Assembly: GCA_964016885.1 (NCBI GenBank)
Contig: OZ024749.1
Coordinates: 6,944,001-7,008,000 of the forward strand
From: Eledone cirrhosa
Taxonomy: Eukaryota
Direction of reading: 5' to 3'
Length of the DNA stretch: 64,000 nt
Shown: piece by piece, positions 36,435 to 48,689 of the stretch
How the letters are laid out: the number at the start of each line of letters is the position of its first letter
Numbering within the stretch: the stretch's first letter is position 1
The notes under the pieces: model-generated
Seen by the model: the letters and a program-made list of their open reading frames with translations, nothing else
Told to the model about the DNA's origin: nothing
Database searches by the model: none
Position numbers and translations under genes: made by a program

Positions 36435-37901
36435 TCTCTATATATATAAAACAGAAGATGTCTGTCTCTGTGTGTGTGTGATTTTTATGCATTTCCACAT
36501 TTCTCTACCGATTTTGATGATTTTTTTTTCCAATGTGCTCCAAATTTACCAACGATGGTCAACATGTAATAAACTTTGCCAAAAATGTCCTGCTTCTATG
36601 AAAAAAATCGATAAAACTAAATACATGCTGTAACCCTCTCTCTTACATGCTTATTCACTCTCTCTACTACCCAACAGCGACAAAACTTCGTTCAGGAACG
36701 CGACATAAACTTTAAAAACTAAGCAACACATCATTTTATACAACAACAAACAGTCATAACGCTCTCTCCGTCGCTCTTCCCTCTCTCTATAATAGATCAT
36801 TCCCCCTCTCTATAATTTAACTGCTTTACTCTCTTCATGCTTTGAGTTTTAACACACCTCCCTATAGTTTCTTAGCTTTACTCTCTCTGTCGCTCTTCCT
36901 TCTCTCTATAATAGATTATTCCTCCCCCCTCTATAATTTAACTGCTTTACTCTCTCTGTCGCTCTTCAATCTCTATATGACAACATTGTTTTACACACCT
37001 CCCTATAGTTTCTTAGCTTTACTCTCTCCATTGCTCTTCCCTCTCTCTATAATAGATTATTCCCCCCTCTCTATAATTTAACTGCTGGGGGAGTCATTGG
37101 AGTTCCGTATTGACATACGGCTTTTCTGGGGTATTTTAAATCGGCTTATTGCAAATAAGAACCCGCAAAATAACATTTCATAAAACAGATTAATGCTATA
37201 GACATATGAATCGGAATGTTTAAATTATTTATTTTTTACGACTTTCATTGGTTAAATATTAATATGACAACTTCCCATAGTGTTGTACTTCTGGAAATTC
37301 TGCCGAATACACTGCCAAGGATGAACCTTTTCCCCTCGGCATCAGATATCCCGTTCGATTTCCGGCGATCCCAATTCCCGGTGAGACCATGTTTTGCCAT
37401 GACCATTAACAAGTCACAAGGGCAAACATTGTCGGTGGCGGGCATCCATTTGGGGGAGCCATGCTTCTCCCATGGCCAACTTTATGTTGCCTGTTCTCGC
37501 ATAAGGAGCAGGAATGGACTTTTTGCTTACACTCCTCAAGGGATGACACGCAATATCGTCTACAAAGAGGTGCTATAGATGTTGGTGCAGGTGTTGGAGG
37601 TGTTGGAGCTATGCCGTCTGGAAAACTATTTCCTGGTAGGGTCACCCATGGCGGACAGATCCGACACCCAGCGGCATCAGAGCCACCATCTTGCAACTTC
37701 GGTCTGCTAAATTCGCTATTGGAAGATTATTAACCCATCATTGATTAACCAAAATGCTAATTGGTTCGCAACTTTTAATAACCGGTTCAACTGCTTTATG
37801 CACTTAATTGACAAGCTTATTCGCTTTCAAGCGATGTTTACCTGTATGTAACTTTTCATAGCAAATGAACAAACCCGAGCAACGCCGGGCTAAACTGCTA
37901 G
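36435..37901 (+). mobile_element. Non-autonomous Helitron with a Pif1-type helicase C-terminal fragment (37310-37578)
   Basis: 5' A|TC(TC)TATATATATAAAA; QFPVRPCFAMTINKSQGQTL...CFSHGQLYVACSR; 3' hairpin CCCGAGCAACGCCGGG then CTAG|T. Confidence 0.93.
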
Positions 37902-38166
37902 TATATATATATATATATATGTATATATATCTAGGGCAGGTAAAATTCCTGAGATACAGCAGTCTCTGTCCTTCATCATCGCCGCTATGTCCTACATCTC
38001 CCAGAGACCAGTGTTTGTCCTTAGGACATCAACATATGTCATCCTCAGTCTCCCTCTTCCTGTGTGACCATTTAGGGGTTCCTACATGATCACTGAGTGC
38101 AGTGTCAACTCTGAATATTGGTGAACATGTCCAGCTAACCTCAGTCTCCTCGGAGTCACTTTCGAG

Positions 38167-38210
<44 letters not shown>

Positions 38211-38211
<1 letters not shown>

Positions 38212-38406
38212 AAACGAAGGAGGTGTGGTAAGGAACTAGATGGACCATAATGCACCAGAGTACTCAATACTTAGGGTAATAGAGTGGGTAATAGGAAAAA
38301 GTTTAACCCCGATGGCAGACCTCAAGCTGTTTTGACGGCTATTTTTAGACTGAAATAGCCGTCGAAACGGCTTGAGCTCTGCTGTCGGGGTTAAACGTTT
38401 TCCTAT
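38211..38406 (-). mobile_element. Second copy of the fold-back element at 1207-1440
   Basis: Same tail and arms, shorter apex. Confidence 0.85.
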
Positions 38407-39945
38407 ATATATATATATATATATATATATAATGTATTTCCATAGAAAACGTAAAGGAAAGAAGAGTGCTCTATGTAAAGTACAGAGCTATTTAATTATA
38501 TATATATATATACCTAGCCCCAAAACAACTGCATACCCATCCATTCATGACCACCACTACCACCACCATCCCAATCACTAACCAGCAGTTCCATTCATGT
38601 TGTAGATATTCTCAGCATCACTGTACACCCCCCCCCCCCATCATGCCATCCTATTCAGGATCATTTTGAATCCTCTGAAATCCTATGCCTCTCCCTTCCA
38701 CACACTAACACAACTCTCTCCAAGGACACTGCCCAACCATTCTTCCATAGATTACGCTCCCTAAACCCCAACAAACCAGTCATAGCACCATCATCTCCCA
38801 TTACCTTCCACACTCCCAATGGAAAATGTAGTTATTTATTTAACCCCCTAATATTCTCGGTTGTTTTACAAATTATTTGAAACAAACAGAATATTTCATT
38901 TGAAATATGGTCACAAAAATGTTGACATCTTTACATAGACCAGCAGATTCTAAGCCATACCCAAGGAGAGTAGATTAACTTGGTATTGAAAGCTAAGAAG
39001 TCAGATTGAATAGGGTATATTGCGGTGTTTTTATTGTTTTTTCTTGTTTAGACAAGGCGTGCACAGGACTCATTTCAAAGAAATTATTAATTTTTTTAAT
39101 TTTTCTGACTTTTTTAATTATTTCTGAATCCCCGTAATTTGGGCAATCCCAGACAAAACCTGTCCACAATTTATGCCTCACTAGAGGAGTAAACCTCGAT
39201 GACAAAGAAAACAAAAAAGGAATTTCACAATGATGAGGCATGATGGATGTTTGAGATCAGTGGAGGAACAACAGTTAAGTCTGGGGTGATTCATACTAGA
39301 TGCTGAGTGAAAGAATGTCATGTTGAGAACCAGGATAAAAAGACTTCAATAAATGAAAAACTGCAGTATGCACTGACATGTAGCATGCATTGGATGCATG
39401 TTTCAATGTGCAACTGAAACTCATTATGTCAGAAAGATGGATGGACAGTCATTACTGGAATGCTTTTAATCATAAGTCTGCTCAACCAGGGGCTAACTTC
39501 AGCACTAAACATTAACAATGGCAGCAACGGTCATCATGGTTATTTCCACATTCCCTTTTCCATGGTGGCGTGGATCAGATGGGACTTTTCAAGACAACAG
39601 TCCAAAAGCAAGACAACCTTTTTCCGACACCAATTCCTTTAGTCACCTTTTATGACGTAAAGGAATACACAACAACTTTAAAAACAACCAACATTCTCAG
39701 GCCATTTTCCCTACTGACGCAGAGATTAGCCTTGCCGTTTGCATGACATGGGCTCCAACTTGAGGCAAGATTAACTGACAGATGCTCTGGCTACAAACCC
39801 TTTTAGTTGTCCCTTACGACATGTAGGGACACAGTGAACCTACTTTAAATACTGAGATACACACAGTTATGTAATGAGATAATGAGATGTCCATTTAACA
39901 ACAGTAGATATATTAACACTGCTTATAAGTATAACTATGTCTGGG

Positions 39946-39982
<37 letters not shown>

Positions 39983-40234
39983 GGGAGTGGGAGAGAGATT
40001 GAGAGAGAGGGAGAGCAAGAGAGAGAGAAAGAGAATGAGAGAGGAGAGGGGAAAAAGGGAAAGAGAAGAGACAGAAATAGAGAGGGAGGAGAGAGGAGAA
40101 GAGAGAGAGAGCCAGTAAGAGAGAGAAAGAGAGAGAGAGAGCCATATAGAGAGAAAGAGAGAGAGCCAGAAAGGAAAAGAAAGAGAGAGGAGAGAGAGTC
40201 ACAAAGAGAAAAGAGAGAGAGAGTTTTAAAGCTA

Positions 40235-40665
40235 AATAATTGTTTCTACTTTTGGCACTTGCTGTTTCTTTAGCGGTTAGAATTTTTACAGCGATGAACT
40301 GGACTCCGCCTGGTGGTAAACAGAGGCGGGGTTGCCCAAGGATCACCTGACGACAAACGTTCCGGAAGGACCAGATGGCAGCCAACATCACCTGGCATGG
40401 TCTCGAAAAAGTTGCCGCTGATCGTGACCGCTGACGAGTACTTGCTGCTCGATGTGCCGAACGGTGCAAAAGTATCTAAGAATAAGACTTTTGGCACAAA
40501 GCCAGCAATTACCCCAGTGTATTACTGGTACTTTATTTTATCGACCCCGTAAGGATGAAAGACAAAGTTAATTAACCTCGGCGGGATTTGAACTCAGACC
40601 GTAAAGACCGTAACTCTATGCGTCAAAACATGGCGTCCGACTCTCTACCGACACTGCCAATCCAA
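40235..40665 (-). mobile_element. SINE family B interrupted by an insertion
   Basis: Matches 54657-54843 once 40259-40497 is removed. Confidence 0.85.
40259..40486 (+). mobile_element. Short 5'-truncated RTE-type LINE end with 11-bp TSD
   Basis: MNWTPPGGKQRRGCPRIT*...AADRDR*R; TSD acttttggcac at 40248-40258 and 40487-40497. Confidence 0.85.
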
Positions 40666-41124
40666 ATGCAGTTGAATAACTCCAAAACAAAAAATCAAAA
40701 TCAAAATTAAACCAAAAAACCAGCAATTCTCCCAATCAGCAGAAGTTCTTACACAACCATCACCATTTGAAGAAATCAATAATGTTTTATAACTTTAATA
40801 TCTTTCTTATTATTTTCCTTTACTTTATGAAATATAAACCTTCTAATAATATAAACAACTGACAATACAAATTAAAATGATTGATAAATGAGAATAAGAA
40901 TAAGATATGTGTGAAGGAGAAGAAGGAAAACAAAGCTACTACAACAACAACTACAGTCATGTGTGTGTGAAGGAGAGAAAGGAAAACAAAGCTACAATAG
41001 CAACAACAACAACAATAACCACAATGACCGCAGTCATCAATTTAAAGAAGTTTGGCACAAAATAACATATTAAAATTTGAGTTTTTTGTTTAATTTTTTC
41101 AAGACATTTTGTATTATTGGAGTT

Positions 41125-41470
41125 TTGTTGTTGTTGCTGTTTTAGTTGCTGTTGTTGTAGCTGTTGTTTTTGTTGTTGCTGTTGTTGCCGCTGATTTAGT
41201 TGCTGTTGTTTTAGTTGCTAATGTTGTAGCTGTTGTTTTTGTTGTTGCTGTTGTTGTTGTTGTTGCTGTTGTTATTTTAGTTGCTAATGTTGTAGCTGTT
41301 GTTTTTGTTGTTGCTGTTGTTGCTGCTGTTTTAGTTGCTGTTGTTGTTGTAGCTGTTTTTGTTGTTGCTGTTTTAGTTGCTGTTGTTTTAGTTGCTGTTG
41401 TTGTAGTTGCTGTTGTTGTTGCTATTGTAGTTGCTGTTGTAGGTTGTTGTTGTTGTTGCTATTGTTGTAA
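41125..41470. repeat. Degenerate (GTT)n tract
   Basis: Sequence composition. Confidence 0.9.
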
Positions 41471-41639
41471 GTTAGATGACTTGGAAAATTGAGATATTTG
41501 TTTATCTATTCCAATTTCATGACTCAATGACCTCTCATAATTCAATGACCACTCTTCAACTCAATGACTTCTACACGACTCAATGACCACCACAACTCTA
41601 TCCTCACCCTGTACCCCAGCCCCCTCCCTATGACCCAAT

Positions 41640-42510
41640 CCCGCCTTATAGCTCTGTCCCCTATCTATATCTCAGTCCCCTCTCTATAGCTCAGTCTCCT
41701 CTCTATATCTCAGTCTCTCCTCTCTATAGCTCAGTCCCCTCTATATAGCTCAGTCCCTCTATAGCTCAGTCCCCCCTCTATATCTCAGTCCCCTCTATAG
41801 ATCAGTCCCCTCTATAGATCAGTCCCCTCTCTATAGCTCAATCCCCTCTCTATAGCTCAGTCCCCTCTTTATAGCTCAGTCTCCTATCTATAGCTCATTC
41901 CCCCCTCTATAGATCATTCCCCTATCTATAGCTCAGTCCCCTCTCTATAGCTCAGTCCCCTGTCTATATCTCAGTCCCCTCTCTATAGCTCAGTCCCCTC
42001 TCTATATCTCAGTGCCCCTCTATATCTCAGTGCCCCTCTATATCTCAGTCCCCTCTCTATAGCTCAGTCCCCTCTCTATATCTCAGTACCCTCTCTATAG
42101 CTCATTCCCCTCTCTATATCTCAGTGCCCCTCTATAGCTCAGTCCCCTGTCTATATCTCAGTCCCCTCTCTATAGCTCAGTCACCCCTCTATAGCTCAGT
42201 CCCCTGTCTATATCTCAGTCTCCCCTCTCTATAGCTCAGTCCCCTCTCTATAGCTCAGTCTCCCCTCTCTATAGCTCAGTCTCCCCTCTCTATAGCTCAG
42301 TCTCCCCCTCTATAGCTCAATCCCGCCCTATAGTTTAATGCCCTCTAAATAGCTCAATCACTCTCTATAACTCAATCCCCTCTCCACAACTCAAACCCCT
42401 CTCCATATCACAAACCCCTCTCCATAACACAAGCCCCTCTCCATATCACAAACCCTTCTCCACATCACAAGCCCCTCTCCATAACACAAGCCCATCTCCA
42501 TATCTCAAGA
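41640..42510. repeat. ~19-21-bp minisatellites (tatagctcagtcccctctc, then ccataacacaagcccctct)
   Basis: Tandem variable units. Confidence 0.92.
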
Positions 42511-42899
42511 CCCTCTTTGTGATTCAATCACCCCTTCTTGACTCAATTCCCTCAATCCTAGAGAAATTGTGAAATATAGGCACCCAAAGCCGGTAATAGG
42601 ACCAGAACAGGTGTGATATGAAGGCAGCATTTCTAACTTCTCATTAAATATTTCAATAACCAGAAAAGAATCACTGGACAGATTTGACGAGCATAACCAA
42701 CCGGCAGGAGACCCAGCGGTAGACCCTGAGCAAGATGGTTGTATATCATCCATGGGCTTGGCTGGTCAAGCTTGGAGATCCAGCCAGATCTGTTGAAGAC
42801 AGTTGCTTCTGACAGGACCCACTAGACAGAGTGTTTGAGGACTCTGCCCCCACAAACCTCTCAGGAATAAGTAGATGAAGAAGAAGAAATGCTAAACAA

Positions 42900-43445
42900 A
42901 ACATATTCCTGGGTTAAACCATGTACATGTAGGATGTAAGATAGAATTAAATGGAGCAGAAGAGAACATATTCCTGGGTTAAACCATGTACATGTAGGAT
43001 GTAAGATAGAATTACATGGAGCAGAAGAGAACATATTCCTGGGTTAAACCATGTACATGTAGGATGTAAGATAGAATTACATGGAGCAGAAGAGAACATA
43101 TTCCTGGGTTAAACCATGTACATGTTGTATATAAGATGGAATTACATGAAGCAGAAGAGAACATATTCCTGGGTTAAACCATGTACATGTTGTATATAAG
43201 ATGGAATTACATGGAGCAGAAGAGAACATATTCCTGGGTTAAACCATGTACATGTAGGATGTAAGATAGAATTACATGGAGCAGAAGAGAACATATTCCT
43301 GGGTTAAACCATGTACATGTTGTATATAAGATGGAATTACATGGAGCAGAAGAGAACATATTCCTGGGTTAAACCATGTACATGTAGGATGTAAGATAGA
43401 ATTACATGTAGTACATAAGATAGAATTACATGGAGCAGAAGAGAA
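42900..43445. repeat. 65-bp minisatellite, ~8 copies
   Basis: acatattcctgggttaaaccatgtacatgt...ggagcagaagaga. Confidence 0.95.
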
Positions 43446-43579
43446 TAAAAGAAGGAATACATGAGGGGAGTTGGAAACTCAACTTTTGCTGGCCCATGCT
43501 AACTAGCTGACCTAGCCTAACCAGGGCATTATCCAAGCTTCATTGACAGAGCCCTAAAAACAGCCAACAACTTGATTGT

Positions 43580-44400
43580 CTGTACACCAGACACCAACAG
43601 ATATGTGTGTACCTCATATAACTGTACACCAGACAGTAACAGATGTGGGTGTGTACCTCATATAACTACACAAGACACCAACAGATGTGTGTGGACCTCA
43701 TATAACTACACAAGACACCAACAGATGTGTGTGGACCTCATAACTGTACACCAGACAGTAACAGATGTGTGTGTACCTCATATAACTACACAAGACACCA
43801 ACAGATGTGTGTGGACCTCATATAACTACACAAGACACCAACAGATGTGTGTGGACCTCATAACTGTAGATTAGACAGTAACAGATGTATGTGGACCTCA
43901 TATAACTGTACATTAGATAGTAACAGATGTGTGTGGACCTCATATAACTACACAAGACACCAACAGATGTGTGTGGACCTCATATAACTACACTAGACAC
44001 CAACAGATGTGTGTGTACCTCATATAACTACACCAGACAGTAACAGATGTGTGTGTACCTCATATAACTGTACACCAGGCACCAACAGATGTGTGTGAAC
44101 CTCATAACTGTACACCTGACTTCAACAGATGTATGTGTACCTCATATAACTACACAAGACACCAAATGATGTGTGTGGACCTCATATAACTACACCAGAC
44201 AGCAACAGATGTGTGCGTACCTCTTATAACTGTACACCTGACAGTAACAGATGTGTGTGTACCCTATATAACTGTCACCAGATATCAACAGATGTGTGTG
44301 TACCTCATATAACTGTCACCAGATATCAACAGATGTGTGTGTACCTCATATAACTGTACACCTGACATCAACATATGTGTATCTCTGTGCCTCAAATAAT
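43580..44400. repeat. ~40-42-bp minisatellite
   Basis: caacagatgtgtgtg(g/t)acctcatataact...cagac. Confidence 0.93.
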
Positions 44401-44639
44401 ACTACATCACATGTCACCAGATGTGAGTCTGAGTAAGCTATATCATTGTACACTACATAGCAACAGATGTACCTTATATGTCATTACACTCCCCAGTGAC
44501 TAAGTGTCACTGGGGAGTGTACTGGTGTACTGACATATATCTGTACACTACATAGCAACAGGGTACCTGTGTACCTCATATATCTGTACAATACATAGTA
44601 ACAGGGTACCTGTGTACCTCATACAGCAGTACACTATAT

Positions 44640-45142
44640 AACACCAGGGTAACTGTGTACCTCATATAACACTACATAACACCAGGGTACCTCTGTACCC
44701 TATACAACACTACATAACACCAAGGTACCTCTGTACCCTATACAACACTACATAACACCAGGGTACCTCTGTACCCTATACAACACTACATAACACCAGG
44801 GTACCTCTGTACCCTATACAACACTACATAGCACCAGGGTCCCTCTGTACCCTATACAACACTACATAGCACCAGGGTACCTCTGTACCCTATACAACAC
44901 TACATAGCACCAGGGTACTTATGTACCCTATACAACACTACATAACACCAGGGTACCTCTGTACCCTATACAACACTACACTACATAACACCAGGGTACC
45001 TCTGTACCCTATACAACACTACATAACACCAGGGTACCTCTGTACCCTATACAACACTACACTACATAACACCAGGGTACCTCTGTACCCTATACAACAC
45101 TACATAACACCAGGGTACCTCTGTACCCTATACAACACTACA
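44640..45142. repeat. 38-bp minisatellite
   Basis: accagggtacctctgtaccctatacaacactacataac. Confidence 0.95.
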
Positions 45143-45459
45143 TGACAACAACAGGATATATAGATATCACCTGAAGCCATATAACAAATGTGAAGAGATT
45201 GATGTCACACTGGTGAGTAAAATATATTTCTTTCTAAAACTCAATAGATGTCAACTGACATTGAACTTAGTATGTCACCAATGACGCTGCAGTAAATTAA
45301 CATGACAGCCACCATTCTACCTCTCATTCTCTATTTCCTTCTCTCTTTCATTCACACCGTCTCTCTCTTTCTCTCACTCAGACACATTCTTTCACAAATG
45401 ATAACTTTTTCTCTCATATATTAACACTCTCTCTTTCTATTCCTCTTTCGTATACTCTC

Positions 45460-46690
45460 TTTCACACACACAGACTCACACTGACTCACACACAGATACA
45501 CACAGACTCACTCAGACAGACACACACACAGACTTACTCACACACACTGACACACACACACACTCACACACAGACACACACACATACACACAGACACACA
45601 CTCACACAGACAGACTCACACAGACTCAGAGATTCACACACACACACACATACTCACACACATACTCACTCACACACACACACAGACACACACACACTCA
45701 CACAGACTCACACATACACACACACACACATGCAGACAGAGGAGAACATATAAGCGTGTTAAAAACAATGCGTAGTTTCTACAGCTAACACAAACTCAAC
45801 AGCATTGATACTGTTGAGGTAAGTTTTCATTGCTGGAAATAAAGACTATCATCTGTATGATAGAGGATTGAGAGAGTGAGAGTGGGACAGAGAGACATTG
45901 AGTGAGAGTGAGAGTGAGACATAGAGTGAGAGTGAGAAAGACAGAGAGATATTGAGTGAGAGTGAGACAGAGAGACATTGAGTGAGAGTGAGACAGAGAG
46001 ACAGAGAGATATTGAGTGAGAGTGAGTGAGAGTGAGTGAGAGTGAGAAAGACAGAGATATTGAGTGAGAGTGAGACATAGAGTGAGAGTGAGACATAGAG
46101 TGAGAGTGAAAAAGACAGAGATATTGAGTGAGAGTGAGACATAGATATTGAGTGAGAGTGAGTGAGAAAGACAGAGATATTGAGTGAGAGTGAGACAAGA
46201 GTGAGACAGAGTCACAGAGAAGGATGCACAGAGAGACAGAGATACAGAAAGGTAGAGAGACAGAGAGAGAGAGCCAGAGAGAAAGACAGACAGGCAGAAA
46301 GACAGAGAGACATACAGACAAAATAAAAAAGAGCGAGAGGAAGAAGAAGAAGAAGAAGATGAAAGGAAAAGATTAATGACAGAACTATGAAAACAACACC
46401 AAAAACACCACAAAACACTTCACCAAAAACACCACGAAACACTACACCAAAAACACCACGAAAAACTACACCAAAAACACCACGAAACACTTCACCAAAA
46501 ACACCACGAAAAACACCACGAAAAGCAACACCAAAAACACCACGAAAAACAACACCAAAAACGCCACAAAACACTTCACCAAAAACACCACAAAAAGCAA
46601 CACCAAAAACACCACGAAAAACAACACGAAAATAACACCAAAAACACCACGAAAAACTGCACCAAAAACAACACCAAAACCGAAAACAAG
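45460..46690. repeat. (CA)n, (GA/GT) and 12/24-bp caccaaaaacaccacgaaaa low-complexity repeats
   Basis: Sequence composition. Confidence 0.9.
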
Positions 46691-47130
46691 AGAGAAGAGG
46701 AGAGAGGGGAGAGAAAGGAGAGAAGAGAGAAGAAAGACATGTAAAGCAAAGATAAAAACAAAAGTCAGTAATTACTAGCCAACTATGGAAGACAATAAAA
46801 ATGTGGTCGTAGTAGCAACATTTAACATAAATCACAGAGAAAACAGTGGCATTCTTTTTTTTTTTTTCATTGAACAGCACTGAAAGATAGCGCAAGTTAT
46901 AATGGTTTCAATTAGCAAACAAACAAGATGACCACAGTTCCTCATCAGAAAAACCAATGAAAATATGAACACCATTGTACATTTAGATTCTATTGAAGCT
47001 GAAGAATGGCGCAGATATTTGATAAAGTAAAGAATAGAATAGAAATATAAGAATAAAATGAATAAAATGAATAAAAAGAACAGATAAAAACATGGGAGAC
47101 TTGTGGAACTGCTCAAATTAATGTGATGCC

Positions 47131-47165
<35 letters not shown>

Positions 47166-47411
47166 TTTGAATGTGTGTGTGTAAATATGTGTATGTCTGT
47201 TAGTGTGTGTGAGTGAGGGAGTGAGTGTAAGTGTGTGTGTGTGAGTGTCTGTGTGTGAGTGTATGTGTGTGTGAGTGAGTGTCTGTGAGTGTCTGTGTGT
47301 GTGTTAGTGAGTGTGTGAGTGTGAGAGTGTGAGAGTGTGAGAGTGTGTGTGTGGGGGGGGGGTAAGTGTGTGTGTTTACATGCTAGCAAGGAAAACATGT
47401 TAAATGATGAC

Positions 47412-47442
<31 letters not shown>

Positions 47443-47489
47443 GGGGAGGGGTATATGGGGTATGAATATGAATGTGCATATATATGGGC

Positions 47490-47529
<40 letters not shown>

Positions 47530-47545
47530 CGCGTGTGTATGGGGC

Positions 47546-47597
<52 letters not shown>

Positions 47598-47763
47598 ATA
47601 TATATATACACACATACATGTGATGAGTGTGAAGAGAAGAGATCTTTGGTCAGTAGAAATTAGTATGATGATGATGATGATCATTATTATGGTTTAAACA
47701 GAGGTCAGTGACTGACAAAATAAACAGTACATTGAATAAAATTAGCATCCATGACTTGCTTAC

Positions 47764-47858
47764 AGTTCTGTATGTTTGGATTTCAAATTCCTTTAGTATC
47801 AAATGATTTGGCTTTTGTTTTTCTAAACCAAACAATTGTTTTAACATCATTTTCACAG
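47764..47858 (-). CDS. Candidate host-gene exon (VKMMLKQLFGLEKQKPNHLILKEFEIQTYRT)
   Basis: Branch-like gctaac, acceptor ctcttgcttcag, donor gtaagc, 95 nt, phase 1 to 0. Confidence 0.65.
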
Positions 47859-47900
47859 CTGAAGCAAGAGGTTAGCTATGCTGGGTGTTCAAAACAGCTT

Positions 47901-48360
47901 TATCTCTTTAGCATTTAAACTGGCTGAAGGCGTGTGGCTGATTGGTTAGCGAATTGGATTCGCAATTGTGAAGTTATCAGTTCGATTCCTTGACCGAGCG
48001 ATGCGTTATGTCCTTGAGCAAGACACTTTATTTCACGTTGCTCCTTCTACTTGGAGTTGCGACCGATAGATAGTATTAGCAATTTGAAAAACCAACGGAA
48101 ACATTGTTTAGTCGGTCCGATTTGACGAAACTCATTCAACAAATGTTTTTAAACTGGCTTGATCTAGCCAGAAATCTCTCACCCCTCTCTGTTCAAACAA
48201 GCCATAACTGACCTCAAATACTGATGTTAAGGTGTTGTTCTCAAAATAAATACTTTCAAAATCTCATAGATTCTATATTATGAGATATTATGCGAGATAA
48301 AGCCTTTACAATGAAAATACAATAGTATATATAGAGTAATGTAAATGGTAAAGAGTTATA
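47901..48360. mobile_element. Decayed TTAA-type MITE containing a tRNA SINE head (47928-48045)
   Basis: tctctttagcatttaaac ... taaatggtaaagagtta, similar to the ends of 21338-21697. Confidence 0.5.
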
Positions 48361-48689
48361 TAATTTGAGGCAATTTTTTACAGCTAGAGAGCCTTCTGGG
48401 CACTAACAGTTCTAGATGTTCTAAAACATACAGGAATATGATGTACCAGTTTTAAAGTGTATATATACAGGATGAATAAAATAACAGTCAAGTACTGAGA
48501 CAGGTGGGAGGGGGGTCACAGGTCATAGATGCGTTGGTTTAGCCAGCCTCTTGATACCAAGTCCTTCAATCATCTCTTACAACACACAGCGATCTGGCGT
48601 ACCGATTCTAAAAACTGGGATACACATGGCTATGTATATCTATGTATGTGTGTGCGTGTGTGTATATATATTTATATATATATATATAT

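Noticed and set aside
38993-39241. Additional minus-strand exon
   Set aside because: No phase-compatible donor before the stop
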